In this document: in pieces, positions 28,809 through 35,905 of the stretch
Layout: each line of letters starts with the position of its first letter
Numbering within the stretch: the first letter of the stretch is position 1
From: a virus
Lineage: Duplodnaviria > Caudoviricetes
Strand: one strand, 5' to 3'
Virus record (IMG/VR): IMGVR_UViG_3300047409_000754
Span: 1-52,064 of that record
Length of the DNA: 52,064 nucleotides
Made by a program: the position numbers and the translations under genes
Notes under the pieces: generated by a model
Seen by the model: only the letters and a program-made list of their open reading frames with translations
Databases searched by the model: none
Told to the model about the DNA's origin: nothing

Positions 28809-28860
28809 AATTCGACCCGTTAGGGAACGCGATGCCGGTTGTCCAGAGCCAAGTTAACGG

Positions 28861-28930
28861 AGCCGATCCGCAGAATCGAACTGCGCCGAGTGAGGTACAA
28901 ATCCCCTCGAGCTGCCCAGAGACGATCGGC
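28861..28930 (-). tRNA. tRNA-Thr(TGT), degenerate
   Basis: Acceptor and T arm good; anticodon stem poorly paired. Confidence 0.5.
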
Positions 28931-28931
28931 G

Positions 28932-29024
28932 TAACGGGGGCCGGAGTCGCACCGGCTTTCTCCAGGTTATGAGCCTGGCGAGATTTGGACGGCTCGAGGC
29001 CGCCCTCTGTTTCTCCACCCCGCA
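28932..29024 (-). tRNA. Initiator-like tRNA-Met(CAT) with an extra hairpin in the D loop
   Basis: 1:72 mismatch, CCAGG-CTCATAA-CCTGG, D-loop insert GGGCGGC-CTCGA-GCCGTCC. Confidence 0.65.
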
Positions 29025-29025
29025 G

Positions 29026-29097
29026 AGCTTCCGCCGAGAATCGAACTCGGTTCTTCCGGGTACGGGCCGGATGCGTCGCCAGCAACGCTTCAGAAGC
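29026..29097 (-). tRNA. tRNA-Thr(CGT)
   Basis: Cloverleaf; C at position 33. Confidence 0.75.
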
Positions 29098-29105
29098 ACG
29101 AACTC

Positions 29106-29174
29106 GGCCGGCGCGCGCGCCAGAACGTCGAGGGGGAGTACCTCGACGGAGGAACCAGCACTACGCGACCGGCC
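29106..29174 (-). ncRNA. Non-tRNA hairpin RNA, possibly Y-RNA-like
   Basis: GGCCGG/CCGGCC outer stem; GTGCTGG/CTGGCGC helix followed by TTCCTCC; apical 8-bp stem. Confidence 0.35.
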
Positions 29175-29185
29175 TTCTTTTTCAG

Positions 29186-29256
29186 AGCACGGTGCGGGAA
29201 TCGAACCCGCGTTGCCTGCTTGGAAGACAGGATCTCAGCCACTAAGACAACCGTGC
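29186..29256 (-). tRNA. tRNA-Gly(TCC)
   Basis: Cloverleaf, U73. Confidence 0.85.
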
Positions 29257-29260
29257 ATTG

Positions 29261-29332
29261 AGCGACCAGCGGGAGTTGAACCCGCTCTCTCGGACTGGCA
29301 GACCGATGTGCAGCCACAAACACCTTGGTCGC
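29261..29332 (-). tRNA. tRNA-Gly(GCC)
   Basis: Cloverleaf, U73. Confidence 0.8.
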
Positions 29333-29333
29333 G

Positions 29334-29408
29334 TGGAGGACGATCGCGGAATCGAACCGCGGATTGCGGAGGTTGCAGCTCCGTGCCTTGCCACTTGGCG
29401 AATCGTCC
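29334..29408 (-). tRNA. tRNA-Cys(GCA)
   Basis: Cloverleaf, U73, CCA encoded. Confidence 0.9.
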
Positions 29409-29413
29409 GTGAG

Positions 29414-29497
29414 AGGAGAGGGCGGGGATCGAACCCGCGCGACTGTCGTCGGCCTCGGTTTAGCAAACCGGCATCGTTACCACTCGATCACCTCTCC
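29414..29497 (-). tRNA. tRNA-Ser(GCT)
   Basis: Long variable arm. Confidence 0.85.
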
Positions 29498-29498
29498 G

Positions 29499-29567
29499 TA
29501 CCAGCGGGCGGTGTTGATCCGCCCAAGCAGCCCGTATGAAAGGCCGCCGCGCGCCGGCGCCGCTGGC
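29499..29567 (-). tRNA. tRNA-Met/Ile2(CAT), atypical
   Basis: TT-CAT-AC loop, ATCAACA T-loop, reduced D arm. Confidence 0.55.
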
Positions 29568-29571
29568 GTCG

Positions 29572-29641
29572 TACCCCCGAGAGGATTCGAACCTCCAGAG
29601 CCTGCGTTCGTAGCGCGGGCCGCCTTCCAATCGCCGGGGGC
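29572..29641 (-). tRNA. tRNA-Arg(ACG), reduced D arm
   Basis: CT-ACG-AA loop. Confidence 0.7.
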
Positions 29642-29642
29642 A

Positions 29643-29720
29643 TGGTCACCTGTGCGGGATTTGAACCCGCGTCTCCTGGATGAGAACCAGAGATCCTAAG
29701 CCGGACTAGACGAACAGGTG
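29643..29720 (-). tRNA. tRNA-Glu(CTC)
   Basis: Cloverleaf, CCA encoded. Confidence 0.85.
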
Positions 29721-29721
29721 A

Positions 29722-29795
29722 TGGTCACGCGTGCGGGTGTTGATCCCGCCTCGCCGGATTGAAAGCCCGGCTGCCTCACCGGAAGCGAACGCGTG
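29722..29795 (-). tRNA. tRNA-Glu(TTC)
   Basis: CT-TTC-AA loop, ATCAACA T-loop, CCA encoded. Confidence 0.7.
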
Positions 29796-29798
29796 TTG

Positions 29799-29882
29799 AG
29801 GAGAGCTGAGGAGTCGAACCCCCAACCCGAAGGTTGCCCCCGGTGTTCGAAACCGGTTGGCGCCCGCGCGCCGGAACTCTCC
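29799..29882 (-). tRNA. tRNA-Ser(CGA)
   Basis: Long variable arm with UUCG loop. Confidence 0.75.
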
Positions 29883-29886
29883 GTTG

Positions 29887-29954
29887 CGCACCGTCGAGGT
29901 GTCGATCCCCGTTGACAGGTTTTGGAGGCCCGTCTGCTTGCCGAAGCACAGTGC
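29887..29954 (-). tRNA. tRNA-Trp(CCA), atypical
   Basis: CT-CCA-AA loop, G73, ATCGACA T-loop, short D arm. Confidence 0.6.
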
Positions 29955-29959
29955 AATCG

Positions 29960-30028
29960 TGGACCGCCCGAGAGTTGAACTCGGCACTCAGATCTTGCAA
30001 GGATCCGATGCGCCCCGGCGCGCAGCCC
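29960..30028 (-). tRNA. tRNA-Ala(TGC), reduced D arm
   Basis: G3:U70 identity pair, CT-TGC-AA loop. Confidence 0.7.
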
Positions 30029-30162
30029 GTGGACCCCGTTACGGGGGTCAGTCGTTCCGGACGCGGATTTCCCCGACCGGACGTCAGGGTGAGTGCCGCA
30101 ACCCGAAGGTTGCACCGAGAGGCAGGTGCGCCGCGCTTCCGTGTTCCTCTCGGCATGGCGAG

Positions 30163-30234
30163 TCTGCGCGGGGTGAATCGAACACCCGATCTCCTCGTCC
30201 CAAGCGAGGCGCCTTTCCACTAGGCTACGCGCAG
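30163..30234 (-). tRNA. tRNA-Pro(TGG)
   Basis: Cloverleaf, C1:G72, A73. Confidence 0.85.
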
Positions 30235-30244
30235 ATGCTTCCAG

Positions 30245-30317
30245 GGTGACCGCCCGGTTTCGATCCGGGACCTCGACGTTCACAGCGTCGAATGCAGAGC
30301 CACTACACCACGGCCAC
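30245..30317 (-). tRNA. tRNA-His(GTG)
   Basis: C73; no genomic G-1; ATCGAAA T-loop. Confidence 0.75.
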
Positions 30318-30319
30318 AG

Positions 30320-30390
30320 TTCCCGCAGATGGATTCGAACCACCGTTGCCTGGGTCAGAACCAGGGAGCCTGCCGCTAGCTGATGCGGGA
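30320..30390 (-). tRNA. tRNA-Gln(CTG)
   Basis: U1:A72, TT-CTG-AC loop. Confidence 0.8.
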
Positions 30391-30391
30391 G

Positions 30392-30463
30392 TAGAGGCGG
30401 GAGGATTCGAACCTCTCGTCGGGCGGTAATCGGCCGCCTGCACTGCCATTGTGCTACGCCTCC
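30392..30463 (-). tRNA. tRNA-Ile(GAT)
   Basis: Cloverleaf; CC-GAT-TA loop. Confidence 0.75.
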
Positions 30464-30469
30464 GTGCTG

Positions 30470-30540
30470 TCCGAGCTGGGGGAATCGAACCCGCGTCTCC
30501 GGTTTGTAGGACCGGGGCCCTCCCATTGGACGAAGCTCGG
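30470..30540 (-). tRNA. tRNA-Val(TAC)
   Basis: CC-TAC-AA loop, A73. Confidence 0.75.
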
Positions 30541-30612
30541 GGAAACTGCGGCGCGGACTTGGGTTGCGTCCGCCTTGCGTCGATGCGCTCTTGAGACCAG
30601 CATCAAACCAGG

Positions 30613-30686
30613 TGCCCCGCCGCGGAATCGAACCGCGCCCTCCGCGTTTTCAGCGCAGCGCTCGTCACCTCGAGAGCTTGCGGGGC
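30613..30686 (-). tRNA. tRNA-Phe(GAA)
   Basis: Cloverleaf. Confidence 0.85.
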
Positions 30687-30726
30687 ATTGTCGGCGGGGT
30701 TGGTCGCCCCGCCACCTTCACGTCAA

Positions 30727-30763
30727 CTATTTAGTTGTCAGAGAATCGCCGGTGCTACCGGCG
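30727..30763 (-). promoter_or_regulatory. rrn-type boxB/boxA-like antitermination site
   Basis: Hairpin CGCCGGT-AGC-ACCGGCG followed by TTCTCTGACAACTAAATAG. Confidence 0.5.
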
Positions 30764-30767
30764 TTTG

Positions 30768-30837
30768 TTCGAGGGGAAGGGGTCGAACCTTCACCAACCG
30801 CTTCAAAGGCGGTCTGCCTGCCGTTAGCTACCCTCGA
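30768..30837 (-). tRNA. tRNA-Gln(TTG)
   Basis: U1:A72, CT-TTG-AA loop. Confidence 0.8.
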
Positions 30838-30850
30838 TCGTTTCCATTTG

Positions 30851-30922
30851 TGAGCCGCCGGCGACTTGAACGCCGCTGTCCTGATTAAGAGTCAGGTCCC
30901 TCGCCATCTAGGGGTGCAGCCC
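30851..30922 (-). tRNA. tRNA-Lys(CTT)
   Basis: CCTGA-CTCTTAA-TCAGG. Confidence 0.85.
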
Positions 30923-30968
30923 GTTGTCTCTGCCGTTAGGGAAGGTTCTCCTTTCTGTCAACCTGCTG

Positions 30969-31041
30969 TGCCTCGAGTCGGATTCGAACCGACGATTCAG
31001 CGCTTAAAAGGCGCGGGTGATTGCCGCTTCACTACCGAGGC
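30969..31041 (-). tRNA. tRNA-Lys(TTT)
   Basis: CT-TTT-AA loop, cloverleaf. Confidence 0.85.
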
Positions 31042-31046
31042 TGAAG

Positions 31047-31129
31047 TGGGCGGCCCAGGAATCGAACCTGGTAGGGGATCTCCCCGGCTGCTTTACAGGC
31101 AGTTGCCCCGACCATGAGGCGCGTCGCCC
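31047..31129 (-). tRNA. tRNA-Tyr(GTA)
   Basis: Long variable arm; first gene of the array. Confidence 0.85.
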
Positions 31130-31160
31130 AAACGAAAAAAGGCCGCCCCGGTGGGCAGCC
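31130..31160 (-). terminator. Intrinsic terminator (attenuator) directly upstream of the first tRNA
   Basis: GGCTGCCC-ACCG-GGGCGGCC-TTTTTTCGTTT. Confidence 0.8.
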
Positions 31161-31191
31161 CTGATCGCGTTCTCGAGATTGTTGCCTCGAC

Positions 31192-31350
31192 TTACACGAC
31201 CGGCCGCCCTTCCCCTTTGGCCCTGAACTCTTGGGAATACGAGATCAGGGCTGACGGGAGCGTGGCGTTCTGATCCTTGCGGACGCGCGGCAACGCCGCG
31301 GAGGCGGTATGCCCCTGCTGCGCCATCGACCATGTCCGCGAGCTCGTCAT
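31192..31350 (-). CDS. Putative 52-aa leader (attenuator) peptide
   Basis: MTSSRTWSMAQQGHTASAALPRVRKDQNATLPSALISYSQEFRAKGEGRPVV*; last five codons complementary to the terminator 5' arm. Confidence 0.6.
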   Translation of the reverse strand: MTSSRTWSMAQQGHTASAALPRVRKDQNATLPSALISYSQEFRAKGEGRPVV

Positions 31351-31359
31351 TGCCAACCC

Positions 31360-31388
31360 AAGGTGAACGGACGAAACGCGGGCGTCAA
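31360..31388 (-). promoter_or_regulatory. Putative sigma70 promoter of the tRNA operon
   Basis: TTGACG-N17-CACCTT, 9 nt before the leader ATG. Confidence 0.5.
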
Positions 31389-31397
31389 GCGGAAAGT

Positions 31398-31907
31398 TCA
31401 GGCGACGCGCAGATAGCCCGCGAGTTTGCGGGCCTGCGGGAACGGGAACCCGCGCTCAACGACCGCGTTGCCCTCGCGCGCGCCCTCAAGATTCGTGTTG
31501 CCCGCAATGACCTCGATCGAAGCCAACTCGGCGCCGACGCGCGTCACACCGGTGATGATTCCGACGTGCCCCTTGCCGCCGCCATGGTCCCAAACGACCA
31601 GCCCGCCCATCTCTGGCTCGGCAATGACCAGGTCGTGATTCAGCTCGAGCAACCGCAGTGCGCCGGCGCTGTAGCGCAGATGCGTGACGATCCCCATCGC
31701 GCGCGCGGCGTCGTGAATCTGCGCGCTCGCGAACGCCGCGCACCACAGGGCCGGCTGCATGATCCCGCGCTCGGCAAGCCACTCGCGGATCATCGGCCCA
31801 TCGTTGGGGCCGTCGGTCTCCAGCGACTTGCCGATCGCGTACCGGCGCGCGTTGGCGATCGTGAGCTCGGCGAGGCCTGGAACGGGGCCGATCACGGGTG
31901 CCACCAA
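31398..31907 (-). CDS. CHAP-domain endolysin
   Basis: WCAAFAS, GHVGII, IAGNT. Confidence 0.8.
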   Translation of the reverse strand: MVAPVIGPVPGLAELTIANARRYAIGKSLETDGPNDGPMIREWLAERGIMQPALWCAAFASAQIHDAARAMGIVTHLRYSAGALRLLELNHDLVIAEPEMGGLVVWDHGGGKGHVGIITGVTRVGAELASIEVIAGNTNLEGAREGNAVVERGFPFPQARKLAGYLRVA

Positions 31908-31992
31908 GGCATCCGCATCGGGTAGGACCGTGAGCCCTGGACGTCACCGATCAGGAACCAGTATCGAGGCCCATGCGAGCGACAAGAACGCG

Positions 31993-32460
31993 TCACGGGT
32001 GCGCCACCGACCACGCCTGAAGATGGTTCATCATCAGCGCCTCGGCGGGCGGCGGGGATGGGGGCCGACGCAGCGCCAGCAGCTCGCTGGCGGACGCCTT
32101 GATCACGCAGAACTCCTTGTTGATCGCCCCCGGCGATAGCGCCGCCTCATAGTCTTCGCCGACGGCGGCCAAGCCAACGTCGAAGAGATCCTGCGTCGTC
32201 ACGTTGCACTTCGCCTCGACGGCGGCCAGGTGCGCGCAGCCGATCGCATGGGCCCCGACGACGCTCACGAAGACGGCGAACAGCAGATTGACGGCGCCGT
32301 TGGTGTCGAGCTTGGCGAAGGCTTTGCGGGCGTCAGCGATCAGCAGCGCCAACGCGCCGCCGATCGCCGCGTACCTTGGGATCGCGGACAGCACGGACGC
32401 GACGACCGTTGCGCCGCCGAGAACGACGAGAGCGAGATGGGCGAGTCGAGATTTCATCAT
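31993..32460 (-). CDS. Membrane protein (holin/spanin-like)
   Basis: Two to three hydrophobic segments, next to the lysin. Confidence 0.5.
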   Translation of the reverse strand: MMKSRLAHLALVVLGGATVVASVLSAIPRYAAIGGALALLIADARKAFAKLDTNGAVNLLFAVFVSVVGAHAIGCAHLAAVEAKCNVTTQDLFDVGLAAVGEDYEAALSPGAINKEFCVIKASASELLALRRPPSPPPAEALMMNHLQAWSVAHP

Positions 32461-32726
32461 GGTCCTTTCGTCGGAGTTACTTCTGTCCCAGCGAACCGAA
32501 CGGCGTTGGCTAGATCGCGCGCGCCGGCGGCGAATTCCTCGATATCTTCCGCAAGACGGCCGCAGAAATACTCACGTTCAGACTCCTCAAGGAGGTCAAG
32601 CAGCCCGATAGCGTGCGCGATGCTTTGCGCGCAGCTGACAAGCTGTTCTCCCGATCGAGCGCGTAGAGCTGTGGGCGTATCAGGGCGAGTGGGGTCATCG
32701 TCTTTTTCTCCAAGGTTGGAGGGCAT
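32457..32726 (-). CDS. Hypothetical protein
   Basis: 89 aa, RBS, ATGA coupling. Confidence 0.5.
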   Translation of the reverse strand: MPSNLGEKDDDPTRPDTPTALRARSGEQLVSCAQSIAHAIGLLDLLEESEREYFCGRLAEDIEEFAAGARDLANAVRFAGTEVTPTKGP

Positions 32727-32736
32727 GGGTTCTCCC

Positions 32737-33048
32737 TCATTTGCGTTTGCTGAGTAGCTGGTCGAGCTTGTAGTCGACGAGCTTGTTGTGTTCTTCGACC
32801 GCCTTCGATTCGGCGGATTTCGCGTCGGCCTCGGCCGCTTTGATCGCCGCCTGGGCCGCGAGCTTCTCTTTGACGCTCGCCATGTCGTCGCGCATCTGGT
32901 TCCACGCCGGGCCGTCTGGCATGCGGGCGATGGTGACGATCACCGGGATGCCGGCGGCGATGATGCCGCCCAACATCCCGACGACGGCTAGGATCCATCC
33001 AGGGATCCCGCCGCGAAGATTTGGAACGTCATCCATCATCGCGCTCAA
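32737..33048 (-). CDS. Single-TM coiled-coil protein (lysis-associated)
   Basis: N-terminal TM segment followed by coiled coil. Confidence 0.55.
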   Translation of the reverse strand: MSAMMDDVPNLRGGIPGWILAVVGMLGGIIAAGIPVIVTIARMPDGPAWNQMRDDMASVKEKLAAQAAIKAAEADAKSAESKAVEEHNKLVDYKLDQLLSKRK

Positions 33049-33782
33049 CTCAGCGTCAAAGCGCCCAGCACAACGCTCGACAGGAACTGCTGCCCCACCG
33101 TCGCGTTCGGGTGGAGCCCGTGGATGTCGCCCACGCGGCTCAGGATGCCGCCGTCAGCGCCGCCAGCGCCGGCGGGCGGGTTGTGCGTCGACTCGTAGAT
33201 CAGCGACGGGCCCGACAGCTCGACGTACGTGCAGAACGACGAGCGAGCCGCGACGATGGGCGCGGTGAGCGAGTTGTACCCGAAATTGGGGCCGGTCGTT
33301 GACGTCAGGAACCAGGTCAACGGGTTCGTGTTGTTCCACTGCTCGCCGTAGAACGGGTCGCTCATGCAGATGATCTGGCAGCCGGGGACGGCGGCATGCA
33401 TCCCGTCGAGCAGCGACGCATATTGCGTCGAGAACGTCGCTGGATTGGTTGCCAGGATCACATCGTTGATCCCGACCCACAGGAAGCAATATTCTGGCGC
33501 GAACGTCGTGAAGCGGCCCGGGATGTCGGCCAGGATGTCGGCCACGACGTTGCCAGAGACGCCCGATTGCGTGACGCGGATGCCCTGCGCGCCGGGTGCC
33601 CGGCCCCGACCAATCAGATCGAGGCGCGGCGGCGCCGGTGCCGTCGCGGGCGTGCTGTCCAGCGCGATCCAGGCGGCGTGAAGTTGATCGAGCAGCGCGC
33701 CATTGGCGTACCACCAGCCGTCCACAGTTCGCGAATCGCCGAGGAAGTGAGACTTGTTGCCCCTCGGGTACGGCAGCCCCAC
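33045..33782 (-). CDS. SGNH/GDSL hydrolase (probably virion-associated esterase)
   Basis: FLGDS, GVSG, GIND and GLHPN blocks. Confidence 0.8.
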   Translation of the reverse strand: MGLPYPRGNKSHFLGDSRTVDGWWYANGALLDQLHAAWIALDSTPATAPAPPRLDLIGRGRAPGAQGIRVTQSGVSGNVVADILADIPGRFTTFAPEYCFLWVGINDVILATNPATFSTQYASLLDGMHAAVPGCQIICMSDPFYGEQWNNTNPLTWFLTSTTGPNFGYNSLTAPIVAARSSFCTYVELSGPSLIYESTHNPPAGAGGADGGILSRVGDIHGLHPNATVGQQFLSSVVLGALTLS

Positions 33783-33785
33783 GGA

Positions 33786-34580
33786 TCAGCTCGCCGCCGC
33801 GGTGACCGCCAAGACTCTGTCGACGAAGAAACTGCAGTTGCTTGTTCCGCAGAGCAGGTTGATGTGCCCGCTGTGCGCGAACGACCCGCTGAGGCTGCTG
33901 AGCAGAAGCGTGTTCAGCAGCGTGTAATCGACGTAGCTGAACAGGTTCGTCCCGTCGCTGATGATGAGCAGGTCGTGCCACGCCGCCGTCGCGGCCACGC
34001 CGAGGTCAGTGTTGCCGGCGCCGACGCGCAGCTGCCAGTTGGGCGAGCCGCCGATCATGCCGATGCCGAGGTTGTAATTGCTTTCGTCGGCGAGGTTGCA
34101 CATGCGAACGTCGCTGCTGCCAGGATTGGTGCCTGGCTTGATCCGCGTGTAGAGCGCGTAGACGTCCGTCTTGGCGTTGCCGATGAAGTCGCCGCCGTTG
34201 GCGCCCGCCACAGCGCCGGTGTTGCGGGCGGTGGCGAGCGTCGGCGTTGCGCCCGAGCCGATCTGGCAGACGCCACCGGGGAGGTTCTGGCCGACGAAGA
34301 AGTTGCTGCCCGACTGCGCGAACGTCCAGTTCGGCGTGATCGCGTTCATCTCGTCGACGAAGACCGGCACGACCAGCGATGGGACTTTGGCGGTGATGAA
34401 CGCCTGCGGCGTCGAGAACGGAGACGATCCGCCGCCGAGGGCGGCGTACGGTCCGCCAAGGACCGAGACCTGCGGCTGACCGTCCGGACCAACCGAAACG
34501 CGGGTCTCCCACGATTGGCCGACCATGAGCGGCAGAGGCTGCTTGCGGAGGCTGAGCCACCGCCCGGTGTAATCGGACAT
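33786..34580 (-). CDS. Putative tail/virion protein (beta-sandwich-like)
   Basis: G/S/T/N-rich beta composition, structural-module context. Confidence 0.55.
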   Translation of the reverse strand: MSDYTGRWLSLRKQPLPLMVGQSWETRVSVGPDGQPQVSVLGGPYAALGGGSSPFSTPQAFITAKVPSLVVPVFVDEMNAITPNWTFAQSGSNFFVGQNLPGGVCQIGSGATPTLATARNTGAVAGANGGDFIGNAKTDVYALYTRIKPGTNPGSSDVRMCNLADESNYNLGIGMIGGSPNWQLRVGAGNTDLGVAATAAWHDLLIISDGTNLFSYVDYTLLNTLLLSSLSGSFAHSGHINLLCGTSNCSFFVDRVLAVTAAAS

Positions 34581-35006
34581 CTACGTTCCGCCCTTTCCGG
34601 TCGCCCAGACCGAGAGCTGGTTGGCGGCGCCGCCGCCGCTCGGCGTGTAGCGCAGCCGGATCGCGCGCCAGCCAGAGACGATCGGGACGTCCGTGAGATA
34701 CCTACCGACCGCGCCCGCCGGGTTCGTCGGCGCCGGCCGCATCAAGGCCGTGACGTCGATCCAGTTGGTCGTCGCGAACCGGTCGGGGTTCCACGACCCG
34801 CCGCACGCCTCGATGACAAACGTGCCGGTCGGCGCGCCGCCGCCGATGCCCCAAACGACTTCGAGGCTCGCTGCGGGGGACTGCCGGAGCTCGAACGGGT
34901 CGGACGTGATCGCGACCGACATGTCCCCATTGGCCGCGCTGGCGGTCGCCCCGAATAGGGTCCGAAACGTGCCGCTCCCAACGATCTGCCGGTCGGGGAT
35001 GAACAT
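34581..35006 (-). CDS. Putative virion structural protein
   Basis: 141 aa beta-rich; preceded by the late motif. Confidence 0.6.
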   Translation of the reverse strand: MFIPDRQIVGSGTFRTLFGATASAANGDMSVAITSDPFELRQSPAASLEVVWGIGGGAPTGTFVIEACGGSWNPDRFATTNWIDVTALMRPAPTNPAGAVGRYLTDVPIVSGWRAIRLRYTPSGGGAANQLSVWATGKGGT

Positions 35007-35011
35007 TCACT

Positions 35012-35049
35012 AAAGCGCCCCTGTACCCACCCGGGTGCGCGGGCGCTTT
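35012..35049. promoter_or_regulatory. Back-to-back pair of late-promoter motifs (copies 2 and 3)
   Basis: Minus TGGGTACAGGGGCGCTTT (35029-35012); plus CGGGTGCGCGGGCGCTTT (35032-35049). Confidence 0.65.
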
Positions 35050-35053
35050 GGTG

Positions 35054-35905
35054 ATGGACCCAGAGGCCGCGCCGGACACCGAGACGGGCGGCCCGGACTA
35101 CGTCCCCCCGCCGATCACCGGCGAGAACTTGATGGCCGTGACGGGCGTGCGGGGCGTCCTGGAGCGCGATCCCAAGCGGATCACCGTGCGCGACAAAGAC
35201 GCCGCCGAGATGCTGCCCCGGGACATCCGCCGGGCGGTGCGGCGCTGGCTCGAGGAAGACGGGCCGTTTCAGCGGTCGAGCAAGGTCGATCCGTTCGACT
35301 ACAACTGGGCGCTCGACGCCCTCTCAGAATCCCAGGATCCCCAGCACCTGGTCGACATCGCCGCAACGTTCCGGCCTGAGGACGGCGACATCGCCGCCGA
35401 CTACCTGATCGTCGCGAAACGGGTCTTCTCCTACCTCCAGGGGCTGCTGCCGATCCGCACCGAAGAGACGATGGCCACCACGACGAACTTCGACCCGAGC
35501 GACACGGAGATCGCCCGGTTTCGACGGGCCTTCGACGTCGCGGACGATCCGATGGTCATCATCCGGGACATGGGCCGCGGCTGCCTCGTGGCCGACCAGA
35601 TCCGCCATCTGCAGGCGCTCTACCCGACGATCTACGCGCAGTACAAGTTCCAAATGGCCACCGGGATGGCCGACGAGCTGACGCGGAAGCGCAGCTGGCG
35701 CCTCCCCTACGCGCGCGATCGCCAGGTGCAGGTCCTCTACGGCACGACGACCTGGAACAAGGCGCTGGCCGCCGACATCCAGAAGAACTTCGCCACCAGC
35801 GCCAAGGCGCCGCAGCAGGGCCCGAACCCGGCACAGAGCACCAGCAAGGCCGCGTCGACCCTGCAGACCCCGACGCAGGCGATCGCCGACGGCTCGAAGG
35901 CTTAG
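35054..35905 (+). CDS. Hypothetical protein inverted within the structural module
   Basis: 283 aa, normal codon style, has its own motif copy. Confidence 0.75.
   Translation: MDPEAAPDTETGGPDYVPPPITGENLMAVTGVRGVLERDPKRITVRDKDAAEMLPRDIRRAVRRWLEEDGPFQRSSKVDPFDYNWALDALSESQDPQHLVDIAATFRPEDGDIAADYLIVAKRVFSYLQGLLPIRTEETMATTTNFDPSDTEIARFRRAFDVADDPMVIIRDMGRGCLVADQIRHLQALYPTIYAQYKFQMATGMADELTRKRSWRLPYARDRQVQVLYGTTTWNKALAADIQKNFATSAKAPQQGPNPAQSTSKAASTLQTPTQAIADGSKA

Noticed and set aside
28811-28857. Further tRNA or remnant upstream of the HNH gene
   Set aside because: Only a 6-bp closing stem; no T or D arm
30095-30160. HDV-like (theta) ribozyme in the tRNA-Pro trailer
   Set aside because: P1/P4-like pieces are present, but no consistent P2/P3/L3 pseudoknot could be built on the tRNA strand
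28817-30943. 11-bp repeat ccgttagggaa at 28817 and 30933, and a possible internal promoter (TTGACA-N17-TAACGG)
   Set aside because: An 11-mer match is expected by chance over 4 kb and the -10 is poor; not excluded
28729-31333. Other ORF-track calls overlapping the tRNA array
   Set aside because: Incidental frames across tRNA genes with no protein motifs
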